DNA of 64,000 bases from Bugula neritina (lineage: Eukaryota; Animalia; Bryozoa). The stretch lies in the NCBI GenBank assembly GCA_964035545.1, contig OZ037771.1:507628-571627 (forward strand), read 5' to 3'. The notes below the pieces were generated by a model. It searched no databases. It saw nothing but the letters and a program-made list of their open reading frames with translations, and was not told the origin of the DNA. Positions 12,690 through 25,100 of this stretch are shown one piece after another. Position 1 is the first letter of the stretch. Each line of letters starts with the position of its first letter. The position numbers and the translations under genes were made by a program.

Positions 12690-13686
12690 TATCAGAGGTA
12701 CAGTGTGGTGAGAGAGAAGTCACATGAGCTACATGTTGACGCTGCCAAACAACTGGAAAACGGCAGCAGAAGATATTATAAGGCAGCAGTGAGCAGGCCA
12801 CGAGGGATAGAATTCATTATTCCTCAAATCAAATGTATAACCTAATACTGTCTATTGATTTTTTAAGGCTAATGTCATCATACTTGGCAAAAAGCAATTA
12901 ATTCTGCACAGATAGCCAGGCATTAAATCATGACAAGTGGGCATAACTCTGAGTGTATTTCTACTATTGCTATTAAATAAACACGTAGCGACATGTTGCT
13001 ATTTTGCAACACTTTCTGTAACCGACTCTGCATGCAGTGAGCAGGTTTGCACTTCAACTCACCTTGACAGAGCGAACAGATACAGGCTCCTATCTTCACC
13101 TCATACAGTCACCTTACAGCAGGTAACACAGCAAGTCTCTCACTACAAAACTGCCGGACTACACGTACAGATAAGTGTTGACAATCAACTGGTGTCACTT
13201 CAACATTATAACTTCTGTCAACATTTAGTAAAGCAAGCACACTCAGGCTATCATAGCCCTAGCCTCTCAAAGAGGAAATGGCACACAGCCAAGCTGCATG
13301 TTTAAACCGGTAAAACTTTGAATTCTACTTTAACTAAAAACTCTTGAAAATACTGAAAATCTATAGCAATCTACTTTTATTTCACATAGAATAGAATATA
13401 GATGAAAGGTCATTCGTTTCACATACTAGTCAAGTGTTTATTGAGTTTCATGTACAATAGATATACTCGTGTGCACAAGTATATTATACCTCGTATTACA
13501 TACATTATAACCTAGCATACGGGTTAAATGATAGTCGACACGTATAATTGTCATAAAACAAAAATTTCTTTTTCAATATAAAGTGGAGATTGAATCAAAT
13601 TCAAAGATCACTAAATTTAAGGTTTTGCTATTTGATGGCTAAACTAATAAGCAAGTACATGTTAACCATTAGCATAGTGATATACA

Positions 13687-14139
13687 CTAAGAGTCAACTC
13701 ACTGTATACTAAGAGTCAACTCACTGTAAACTAAGAGTCAACTCACTGTATACTAAGATTCAACTCACTGTATACTAATAGTCAACTCACTGTATACTAA
13801 GAGTCAACTCACTGTACACTAAGAGTCAACTCACTGTACACTAAGAGTCAACTCACTGTACACTAAGAGTCAACTTACTGTATACTAAGAGTCAACTCAC
13901 TGTATACTAAGAGTCAACTCACTGTATACTAAGAGTCAACTCACTGTATACTAAGAGTCAACTCACTGTATACTAAGAGTCAACTCACTGTATACTAAGA
14001 GTCAACTTACTGTATACTAAGAGTCAACTCACTGTATACTAAGAGTCAACTCACTGTATACTAAGAGTCAACTCACTGTACACTAAGAGTCAACTCACTG
14101 TATACTAAGAGTCAACTCACTGTATACTAAGAGTCAACT
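13687..14139. repeat. 22-bp minisatellite CTAAGAGTCAACTCACTGTATA (~20 copies) abutting the zinc-finger gene stop codon
   Basis: Direct tandem copies ending 1-2 nt from the TAA at 14141-14143. Confidence 0.92.
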
Positions 14140-14140
14140 A

Positions 14141-17100
14141 TTAAGCACTAAAGAGAGGCTGTATTTCAGTCAATCCTGTAGCCTCAGTGGAAAGTCTGTA
14201 AGTTTGAGTAGTGGTAGCAGAGCCACCCTTCTCTGGCAGCATACTAGACTGTGAACCTGAAAGTTTTAAAACTTGGTGATAGTTTGACAGCCACTGTTTG
14301 ACCTAAGGCTTTAAGCTAAGAGACACTACCTACACATCCTGCTTTTCAACAACTTTACAGTATGAATATAAAGTTTAAAAACTTACAGCATATAAACCCA
14401 ACATTTGAGTATGCTTTAAGAGTTATGCTCACTTGCTCATCATTTAGAATCAAGGGGCTGAAAGACTAAACATTTTACCATTTGTAAACGAGGTAAGGCT
14501 TCCACTGCAGGTAAAACTTGTCATCCCAGTTTCAATTCTAGTGTTTGCAGGTGCTTGGCAGGTGTCAGCTGCCACAAGTTTCTGGTGACAGGTGTCACCT
14601 GGTGTCTGATGAAACAGCCTGTCTTCAGCTGCAGACAGAGGAAGGGGGAACTCGGTATCAGCATGTGTCTCTGCTTCGTGAGCAGCCAGTTTGTTTACGT
14701 CTTCAAATGTCTCTCCACAAATGCACTGATATCCACTGACCTAGATACAAACAAGCTGACCTAGATACAAACAAGCTGACCTAGATACAAACAAGTTGAC
14801 TTAGATACTAACAAGCTGACCTAGATACAAACATGCTGACCTAGATACAAACATGCTGACCTAGATACAAACATGCTGACCTAGATACAAACATGCTGAC
14901 CTAGATACCAACAAGCTGACCTAGATACTAACAAGCTGACCTAGATACATATATGCTGACCTAGATACAAACATGCTGATCTAGATACAAACATGCTGAC
15001 CTAGATACAAACAAGCTGACCTAGATACTAACAAGCTGACCTAGATACTAACAAGCTGACCTAGATACTAACATATCTCAGACCAGGTAGACGACTCACC
15101 ACAGAGTCTGTGAGATCAAGGCCCGTAACTTGAGACGTGGAGGAGAGAAAAGTCTTCTCCTCAGCAGTGCCGTCATACATCTGCAGGTGCTTGTAGTGGT
15201 TGTGTCGGTTCAGGTCCGCCTCCGAGACAAACAGTAGAGAGCAAATCCTACACACAGCCTTTAGCTGGTCCTGTGAAACACACAAACAATGCTATACTGT
15301 AGTATACTATAATATACTGTGACTATGATATATAGCATAATACAATAAACAATAATATTATATAGTATAAAATAACAAACAATAGTATAATTTGATTAAC
15401 TATAACATATCACAATACAACATATAATTATGATACAACAGAATAAAAGGTAACATTATTCAACCAGGTGACTACAATAACATATTACTCTATCAGGTGA
15501 GAAGTAGTAATATGATAATATATAGCTAGAGTATCAAGAGAAGATAACACCAGCTAAGGATATCACACAACCAATAATACTATAAAAGATCCATTAGAAT
15601 AGACTTGGGCTGAAGATAAACACCTTGTGCACGACTCTACAGTGCTTGTACACTGCACCAGCCGACTTGAACGTCTTCACACAGAACTGGCACTTGATAG
15701 CTGAGAGTTTGGAGCTGTGACTTGCTAATTGGTGCTTCTTCAACCCTTGACTTTGAGCAAACCTTTTCTTACAAATCTAAAGTATATAATACACTATACA
15801 GTATATAATATCACTATACAGTATATAATAACACTATACAGTATATAATATCACTATACAGTATATAATAACACTATACAGCATATAATAACACTATACA
15901 GTATATAATATCACTATACAGTATATACATACTATCACTATAAAGTATATAATAACACTGTACAGTATATAATATCACTGTACACTGTCATACCGTACAA
16001 CTGTAGTTCTTAGTCTTAGAGTGGGTTCTCTCGTGAGCTCTCAAGTCTTTACTAGTGTAGAATGCTCTGGAAATAACAAACAATACAGGAAACATACCAA
16101 CATAGAACACACAATATTCTCTATACAATACTTGCACAGCGTATCAGAGTATCTCCATATAGCGTGTCATATACTACCAACTGTAAGCTACATGTATATT
16201 CAGCTCACTATAGCATGTGGTATGCAAGGATATGAAACACAGGTAGAGAGAGAGTATACCTGGAGCAGGTAGAGAGAGAGAATACCTGGAGCAGGTAGAG
16301 AGAGAGTATACCTGGAGCAGGAGAGGCACTGGTGATCCCGCACTCCCTTGTGAGCTCGTAAATGCTCAGTGAGTCGGACTTTCTGTAGGAACGCAGCACC
16401 ACACATGTCACAGACGTAGTCCCGCACACCACTGTGCACCTTGACGTGGTTGTCCAACCCTGACTTGGTTGTATAACACTTGTCACATGTCTGAAATAGA
16501 GAGAAGGCACAGAGGTGAAAGAGAGAGTTCCTCCACCTTTACACAGCCAAAACACAGATACTCTCTCTCAATACATCATGCAATAAAATGACGTAAACTT
16601 TATTCTGAATTTTTGATAAAACTAGAGCATTTTTCATCATACACAACTCAAAGTAAATGGAATTATCCTCTCTCTACACACAACTCAAAGTAAATGGAAT
16701 TATCCTCAAACATCTCAAAGTAAACACAGCCGATACAAGGAATAAACTTCCCACTCCAATATTCCTCACTGAGTTTATAAACAGAGAGACAATACCTGAC
16801 ACTGGAATGGTTTGTTGTTTTGGTGAACGCCACTGATATGTAAATTCAACGATCTCTTCGACTTGAAATCTTTTTCACAGAGAACACATTTGAAGGTCAA
16901 TGAAGAATTGTGAGTATTTCTCACATGACTGAGCAAAGATCTTTTAGACGTGAAGCGCTTTTGGCAGAGGTGGCATTCCACTCTGAAATAGTCAAAAAGA
17001 GAGACATAAACAATTACCTGTATACACATGTCAACTACTGACATGTACTACAATGTACTTGCATTCACGTGTCAACTACTGACATGTACTACAATGTACT

Positions 17101-20080
17101 TGTATTCACATGTCAACTACTGACATGTACTACAATGTACTTGTATTCACGTGTCAACTACTGACATGTACTACAATGTACTTGCATTCACATGTCAACT
17201 ACTGACATGTACTACAATGTACTTGTATTCACGTGTCAACTACTGACATGTAGCTTCATGTATTTGTGTTTACACTTTGACTCACAACTCATGCTGCTGA
17301 TGTGTTTTAGTAAAGTGATTTTGTAGAGTTGTCAGCTCCTGGTAAGTCTGTTCACAAAGGCGACACCGGAATATTCTGGAAGACAGGTGGAATTCCCTTG
17401 CATGAGTTAGCAGACTCTCCTCACTGGAGTAACCTTTCCCACAGAGTGAGCAGAGATAGCGTGTCCGTCTCCATTGCTCCAGGGTAACTACAAGCATGTG
17501 TTGGAGTGTGAGAGTAGACTGAGTCCCCAACAGACATCACATGATTGGTATGACCTGGTCTACAGGCTATGGTGCAGCTGAAGGTAGTGAAAGGGTCTAA
17601 AGTAAATTATATACACATTTTCACCTGTACATAATATAGATCCAACTCAAACTATACTTTAATCATATGATTATTGTGAATATTCAAGTCCAGGGCCACT
17701 AAAACACTCCGTTTGACATTTAAACAATTCTATAAATTAAAATACTCAACTATTTTATGACTCAATACTAGTCCAATCACTAGTCTCCAAACATACCATT
17801 CAAGTGTTGAGTAGAGACTACGGATTGATAGCATTCTCCCTGCTCGTGTATTCTAAGAGCTGATTGGTCAGTGTACATTTCATGACACAAGTAGCACCTG
17901 CTGTCAAAGCCTAGGCAGTCAGGTGAAGACAGGTGTCTTTTATACCCAGCAGTAGAACTACAAACCACAGAACAACATTTCAACTCCAAACAGTCCTGGC
18001 AAGTAACACACTGTGCTAGCATAAGTAGACACAAGTAGATGAGCTAACTTGAATATGACGTGGCAGTCCGTACACTCAAACATCTTCCTCGTCTCATCTG
18101 AAACAATCGACACTTCCTGTACGATCTCTACGGGTGCTGGACAGCTTTCCGACTCTACAAACACAGAGTGAGTGTCACTATACAGAGTAAGAGTACAGAG
18201 TCACTATACAGAGTAAGAGTACAGAGTCACTATACAGAGTACAGAGTCACTATACAGAGTACAGAGTCACTATACAGAGTAAGAGTACAGAGTCACTATA
18301 CAGAGTACAGAGTAAGAGTACAGAGTCACTATACAGAGAAAGCAAGCAGGAGTGGAATGTATACCTTCTTCTCCATCTGATGATGTCAGATAGACACCTT
18401 GTTGTGATGTCATCAGAGGATAACCCGATGATGTCACTGAAGAGCTCCTCAATGATGTCACAAGGGAATTCACTACAGATGTCGTGGTGTTGTCAGGAGG
18501 AGCGTTGTGGTTATTTGTCTAAAAACATTACCAACTGGTAGTTAGGCTTATATTTACCATGTATACTGTCAGGTAATATACACTACCAACTACCAGGTAA
18601 TATATACTACCAACTACCAGGTAATATACACTACCAACTACCAGGTAATATACACTACCAACTACCAGGTAATATACACTACCAACTACCAGGTAATATA
18701 TACTACTAACTACCAGGTAATATACACTACCAACTACCAGGTAATATACACTACCAACTACCAGGTAATATACACTACCAACTACCAGGTAATATATACT
18801 AACAACTACCAGGTAATATACACTACCAACTACCAGGTAATATACACTACCAACTACCAGGTAATATACACTACCAACTACCAGGTAATATACACTACCA
18901 ACTACCAGGTAATATACACTACCAACTACCAGGTAATATACACTACCAACTACCAGGTAATATACACTACCAACTACCAGGTAATATACACTACCAACTA
19001 CCAGGTAATATACACTACCAACTACCAGGTAATATACACTACCAACTACCAGGTAATATACACTACCAACTACCAGGTAATATACACTACCAACTACCAG
19101 ATAATATACACTACCAACTACCAGGTAATATACACTACCAGGTAATATACACTACCAACTACCAGGTAATATACACTACCAGGTAATATACACTACCAAC
19201 TACCAGGTAATATACACTACCAGGTAATATACACTACCAACTACCAGGTAATATACACTACTAACTACCAGGTAATACACAGTTGCTACCTGCTCACTCT
19301 GAAGCAGCTTCTTCTGATACAGTCGCAGGCTGTGCCGAGGTTCTCCCGTTAGCTCATAAACTAGAGGGCAGCTCTCACTCGTACTACTGGTAGGAACTGA
19401 GTCTATTTGTTACACAAAAAGAGCACAGATACTAATTTATGAAACACATATAGAAAGTTTCACGAGTTTTAAAATGAAGTCTCTGTTGATTATAAATAAT
19501 CCAGCTCAAAGTCAATGATATTTACACAAAAACCTAGACGACAATACTGCATTTAGCTACCTGCAGTGGAGGTGGGTGGAGATGAATTGGGGTCTTTCTG
19601 CAGAAGACGGAGAGTTTTTGTTCTAGGTCTACCTTTACCAAAGTGAACAATGGGCAACCCCCTGAAGTCTAGCCCTATGACCTTGTACCTCTGTGACTCG
19701 AGTTGGCTCGCTGATACCCAGCCTCCCCTGTCATCTCGATACATAGAAGTATTATCTGAAATATTATTCTATACAGAGTATCTCCAACTTGCATGTGATA
19801 AAAGACAGCCATATTGAAACGCACATGCCACAGAGAAAGACAGGCACAGGCTCTGCATACCTGTAAGAGTCGAATCCCAGCTTACTTCACTATCAACACC
19901 TTCTGCTGATGATTTTCTAAATTTTTTAGCCTTAAGCTTGGACTGAAGCTCAGGGCGCACATTGAGAACTTTACTGAGCAACTTTTCCAGTTGATCACTA
20001 GGAACATTCAGCAACTTTTCTTCCAAGCTAGCCTCTGATGATGGAGTGTGAAAAGGAACTTTCTCTGATTTGTCCTCCAT
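14141..20080 (-). CDS. Multi-C2H2 zinc-finger protein (N-terminal AT-hook-like KGRPR)
   Basis: Many exons with C2H2 fingers, e.g. YLCSLCGKGYSSEESLLTHAREFH, FKCVLCEKDFKSKRSLNLHISGVH, YVCDMCGAAFLQKVRLTEHLRAH, CRICSLLFVSEADLNRHNHYKH. ATG at 20080. The last exons 14740-14479 and 14256-14141 are in phase and end in TAA. Confidence 0.88.
14736..15075. repeat. 20-bp minisatellite (~17 copies) that multiplies the 3' splice site at 14741/14740
   Basis: Sense unit GTCAGC(T/A)TGTTTGTATCTAG. The last copy reads TTTGTATCTAG|GTCAGTGGA into the exon. Confidence 0.92.
17025..17251. repeat. Intronic 41-bp minisatellite CA(T/C)GTCAACTACTGACATGTACTACAATGTACTTG(C/T)ATTCA
   Basis: ~5.5 copies. Confidence 0.88.
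18569..19278. repeat. Intronic 24-bp minisatellite CAGGTAATATACACTACCAACTAC, ~30 copies
   Basis: Near-perfect tandem copies filling almost the whole intron. Confidence 0.93.
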
Positions 20081-20579
20081 AGTGGAAGTCAAGCCCTAAT
20101 CTAATACCAGCAGAGAGCAGCAGTGATATAAGTAGCCTACAATAAGATATTTGTTAGTTATCCTAATAACAAGATAAACCAGCTTGGTGCCATCAGCTAA
20201 TTTAATTACAAAGGCAGATAAATTTAATTCCATTGAGTGGTGCATAAATAACACAATATTCAGTGCACATGATAATATAACTATAAATTCCCTATAAAAT
20301 AAATATGACCTCCTATTTTATTTTAAAACTGTGTGCTCAGTTATTTATATCGAATGAAAGGCAACAATCAATTCAAATTTGCCACTGGTTAGCATTGGTT
20401 GAACCAGTATTAGACATTATAATTATGATTAGAAGTTTTCCATTCTAGTTACTAGCCCCCTAGTGTAAGCCTTGTTATTTTTGACTCAAATTAAAAATGA
20501 AATCGAAAGTTATTGCTAAGTTGCTATCAAAATCATGTTCCTATTGAAGTTATATACTTAGAATTACCTTTTACTTTTC

Positions 20580-21400
20580 CACTTAGTATCAATATTATAT
20601 AATATTAATGTTAGTAAATAACTAATCGCTAACAGTAACTCTTACTCTAAGTCTAATTTTAGGCATATAGTAATCAAGTTTGACAGCAGGTTAAACATAA
20701 AATTAAATAATAAAATTAATGTATTTAAAACTTGAACTATCCTTATTATTATGACTCAAAGATATTATTATTAAATTTATTATCATAATAATAAAATAAA
20801 TATAACTTACATTTATTTTATTATTATAAGTAATACTAATAGTAATATTAATACTAATAGTAATACTAATATCACAAGTTTCAAGTTTATCAATCAGTAG
20901 TACTAGTCTAGTAATATTACTATTAGTATTAGTATTACTATTAGTATTAGTATTACTATTAGTATTAGTTATCTGCTAACTTTAACCATTAAATTTAACA
21001 CTAATACTAATTCTGAGTAATAATCTTGAGCAATTCACTAATACTAATAGTAATACTAATAGTAATAATCATATTCGCATTTAATTTTATATCGAATTCA
21101 ATGAATAAATAATAATACAAAATAAAAATTGAATACTAAAAATAAAGTAAAAGTGAAAGTATAGTAAAACTAAAAGTAAATCACTAGATGTAATTTCGAA
21201 TGCCCATTCTGATTCTGAGTAAAAGTAAAATACTAAATACTAATACTAATACTAATAGTAATAGTAATACTAACCCTATTACTAATACTAATACTAATAC
21301 TAAGAGTAATACTAATAGTAATACTAATAGTATTACCTATTACATTTACTATTAGTATTAGTAATAGCCAATAGGTAATAGGGTTATTACATAATTATTA
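20580..21400. repeat. AT-rich hexameric low-complexity tract (TAATAC/TAATAG and its complement) upstream of the zinc-finger ATG
   Basis: Runs such as TAATACTAATAGTAATAC and ATTAGTATTACTATTAG in both orientations. Confidence 0.75.
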
Positions 21401-22193
21401 AAAAAAAATGCAATTGCTAATCATATAAACGCTTTATACAAAAATAGTTTAATATCATAACAGTTTGAGAATATTAAAAGTAGTGTTAATAAAAAAAATC
21501 AAATTAAAATTAATGTCTTGGAGTTGGTAACACAGCTCCTTACGCAAAGCTATCTGCTGCAGAGCAATTGAGTTTAACCTTGACCCGAAAGCCTAAATTC
21601 CGTCGTTAGATTGGGGAATATTCCTTTCTATGGTTAGAATTCGTTTCTTTTAAGTCATCTCCTCGTGCTGCAAAAACTCTTGCGCAATAAATTAAGCTTC
21701 GTTTAGAATTATGTACATGATCTTTTAAAATGTTTACTTTTAAAAAGTTCATACTCTACTATACGCATATAATTATCAACACTAAAAAATATGAATTGCT
21801 ATTGGATCCCCCATCATTACCTCCTTTTGGGTGATGCCCCATATTTTTCTACTTCTTATTACACTTGTTTGATGAAATGAAATAAAACAAATAAAAACAA
21901 ATTTTAACAAGATGTCATCATAAGCCTAAAAAATTGCTCCATTATACATAATTTGTATTTTAAACATAATCTAAGAGCTTAATTAACATACTTTTGAGAT
22001 AATTATATGCAAAGCAATAATAGTCACCATAAATAGTCACATATCACCATGGTAACTTCTCCCTGATTAGTTAAATAGGAAGAGGGTGTGCAGCAAGCAT
22101 GTCACTGCTGTGGAATGTTGCCTTATAATGGTAGAATCTCAACTCAGTCATCTCATAAGTTGAAAGTTGTTCTTTAGAAAGGAGTAAACAAAT

Positions 22194-25100
22194 ATGGCTA
22201 GAATTATATTCTTCATACTATTTTGCCTAGCATTCAGTTTATCATATGGACAAAGCAACTCTAATAATGGCCATAACAACAGGAATTGTGGCAAGTGTGG
22301 ACAAGCAAATGGAGGGTGAGATAGTTATGTTGTTTTACTTACTGACATTTAATATAGTCAACTGTCTAGTAGGCTTGTATATTGTAAAATACCAGTAGGC
22401 TATGATAGAATGTATATTATATAATATTCTGATATTATATAATATCCTAATATTATTTAATATTAGAATATTATATAATATTAGAATATTACTTCTGTCA
22501 CATAAGCAGCCTATAACTCACAGACAACTATCTCTGAATCTTTGCTAATCAACGTAAAACTTAATTTAAGAACTTCCATTAACCCTTTCCTTTGATTGTT
22601 TATATTCACATCAAGCCTTCTGTTAATGGTGATATTAAGTAGTATGCTATATGTGTGTGTGATGCTGCATATTAACTATAATGTACAATATATTATAATA
22701 TTATAAAACGGTGCTAGTGCATAAAGACATATATAACAACGCATATTGCAATGCAACAAAAATATAACATAATATAACATAATAAAGTATTACATTACAA
22801 CTATAGTAAGCTATGTAATACAAAGTCATAAAAATTAAAATGTAATTGCTATACAATTTAATGTAATATAATACAACTTATATAACATAATATAATATAA
22901 TTATATAATTTGGTGTATTTGCTAGGAATGCCATGAGCCCTGGAAGTCTACAAGTTTTTAATCAGCTGAAAAGACATCTGCCATTTCTAAACCGTTTGGT
23001 ACGTGTATTCAGTACATAGTATCTATGTCTATGTGTATTCAGTATATAGTATCTATGTCTATGTGTATTCAGTGTATAGTATCTATGTCTATGTATATTC
23101 AGTATATAGTATCTATGTCTATGTGTATTCAGTGTATAGTATCTATGTCTATGTGTATTCATGCAGTATATAGTATCTTTGTCTATGTATATTCAGTATA
23201 TATGACAGACAGACATGCATATAATATACATACTAGTAGAACTGGTCATCTGTTCTTGTATGATGTTTCATACTTGTTTATTAAGAAAATAAAATCTAAT
23301 CTCAATTTTCTATTTTTATATCGCAATTTATTTAACAATTTATTCATCTCCTTACACACAACCTAGCACACTGGCTATCACAATAAAGCTCAGCTGTGTG
23401 AGATACTTGTTATGTTGTTATTAGACTTGTTCTCTCTGTATTGTAGAATGGGAACCAACAGAATGTAAGTACCCCTGCCTGTATTCTGTTTGGTTTAGTC
23501 TAGTGAGTAACAACTCTAAACTGATGTCTTTTACCAATTTTATAGAAATTGCAAACATGTGTTTGCATGTAAACATATATGGTTTACACCAGTATTAGTA
23601 TACATTCAAGTTTCAGTGGTTTAAAAGAGATTTCTGAAAGTAGTAAGGCTGTATGAGTAGACTTGGCAGGAGCTGTTAGAGATACTTGTAAAGTTATTGA
23701 CTATAAGTCACTCTGCCGTTAGAGATACTTGTGATCATAAGTGTGGGAAACACTATTACCATGGAGCTTTATACCAAATGTCATGCAATACAAGTTAAAT
23801 ATAGAAACAAAGTGCCGGGGATACACTCTGATGCAGAGCTGTCAACTTGTCTGGAGATGCTACATCTGTGGGCCGGAGAATATATCTTATGAACTTCCTT
23901 AAATTGGAATAGTTGCATGAGTCAAGTCAGCCAACTTAGTGATCATACCACATGTTTATTCAAACAGACAGGGAAACAGGGCCATGTGCTTCATCAAACA
24001 CCAAACAGACAACAGTGTTTTTCAACTCTGATTAGTCCCAACATATTCAGAGCATAAAAAATAAGCAAACATAATATTATGCAATAGTTCAGTAAATAAA
24101 TTCTAATTATTTCCAGTCCATTGCTCTCTTGCATATGCAAGCTATGAATCAAGCTATATTTTTACTTGCTATAAAACACTTTCAATTGGCACTCCGTTGA
24201 TTTCACCATTTCCGCTGAATTATAATATTCTTTTCAATATTTATCTTTGTGTGAATATAATAAATAATTCATACATTGTACTAGCAGACTAGTTTCCTTG
24301 AAGGAGTGTATAATTTACTTGATTATGTAGGGTAACGACCAGATTATAGTAATAATATGGTATAGAGCCAGATAAACACACCTTGACAAATGTAGTAATT
24401 TGTCTCTATGATATTCATCTTATAATCTATCCAAATACAACATCAGTATTTTAAAGCAAATTGTAGGTTGATTAACGTTTCATCTACATATAACATTTGC
24501 TGTGAGAGTTGTCACATGTTATATCTTGTAGGCGTTGGCTTGTCCAGTGTCTCAGGTCTTCTTTCCAACTACCAGATCTGAGCCGACATGCAATTCTCAA
24601 GCTGATTGCAGACGCTCTGGTGAATTATGTTGTCCTTGGGGCAATGACAATTATTGTCTAAGAGGAATCAACACAACTCCAAAACCAGGTTCTGATCTTT
24701 ATTTTAGACCACACGTACAGTAACATTTTAACATTGTGCAATTAGCATTGAGAAGTTTTCTTCAACTGTTCATATATAAGATTTTTGTCATGTTTCTTTA
24801 ATCTTGTTAGGTGTTTGTCCGAACAACCCAAGAGTTAGCAGAAATTTGTGTAAACAAGACTTTGGGGGATGTCGTTTTGACTCAGAGTGTTCTTCGACTG
24901 ACAAGTGTTGTGAGACTGTGGGTTGTGGCTACAGTGAGTGTACTCCTTTGAGATCTGTAAGACCGGCTACAGCTAGGCCACCACCAGTTGGACCTCCTAC
25001 AGGTGGATTAGTTAGAGTAGCACCACCTACAAGTAGGCCACAGACTGTAAGACCACCCCCAATTGGACCTCCTACAGGTGGACCTGTTATTTGCACACGC

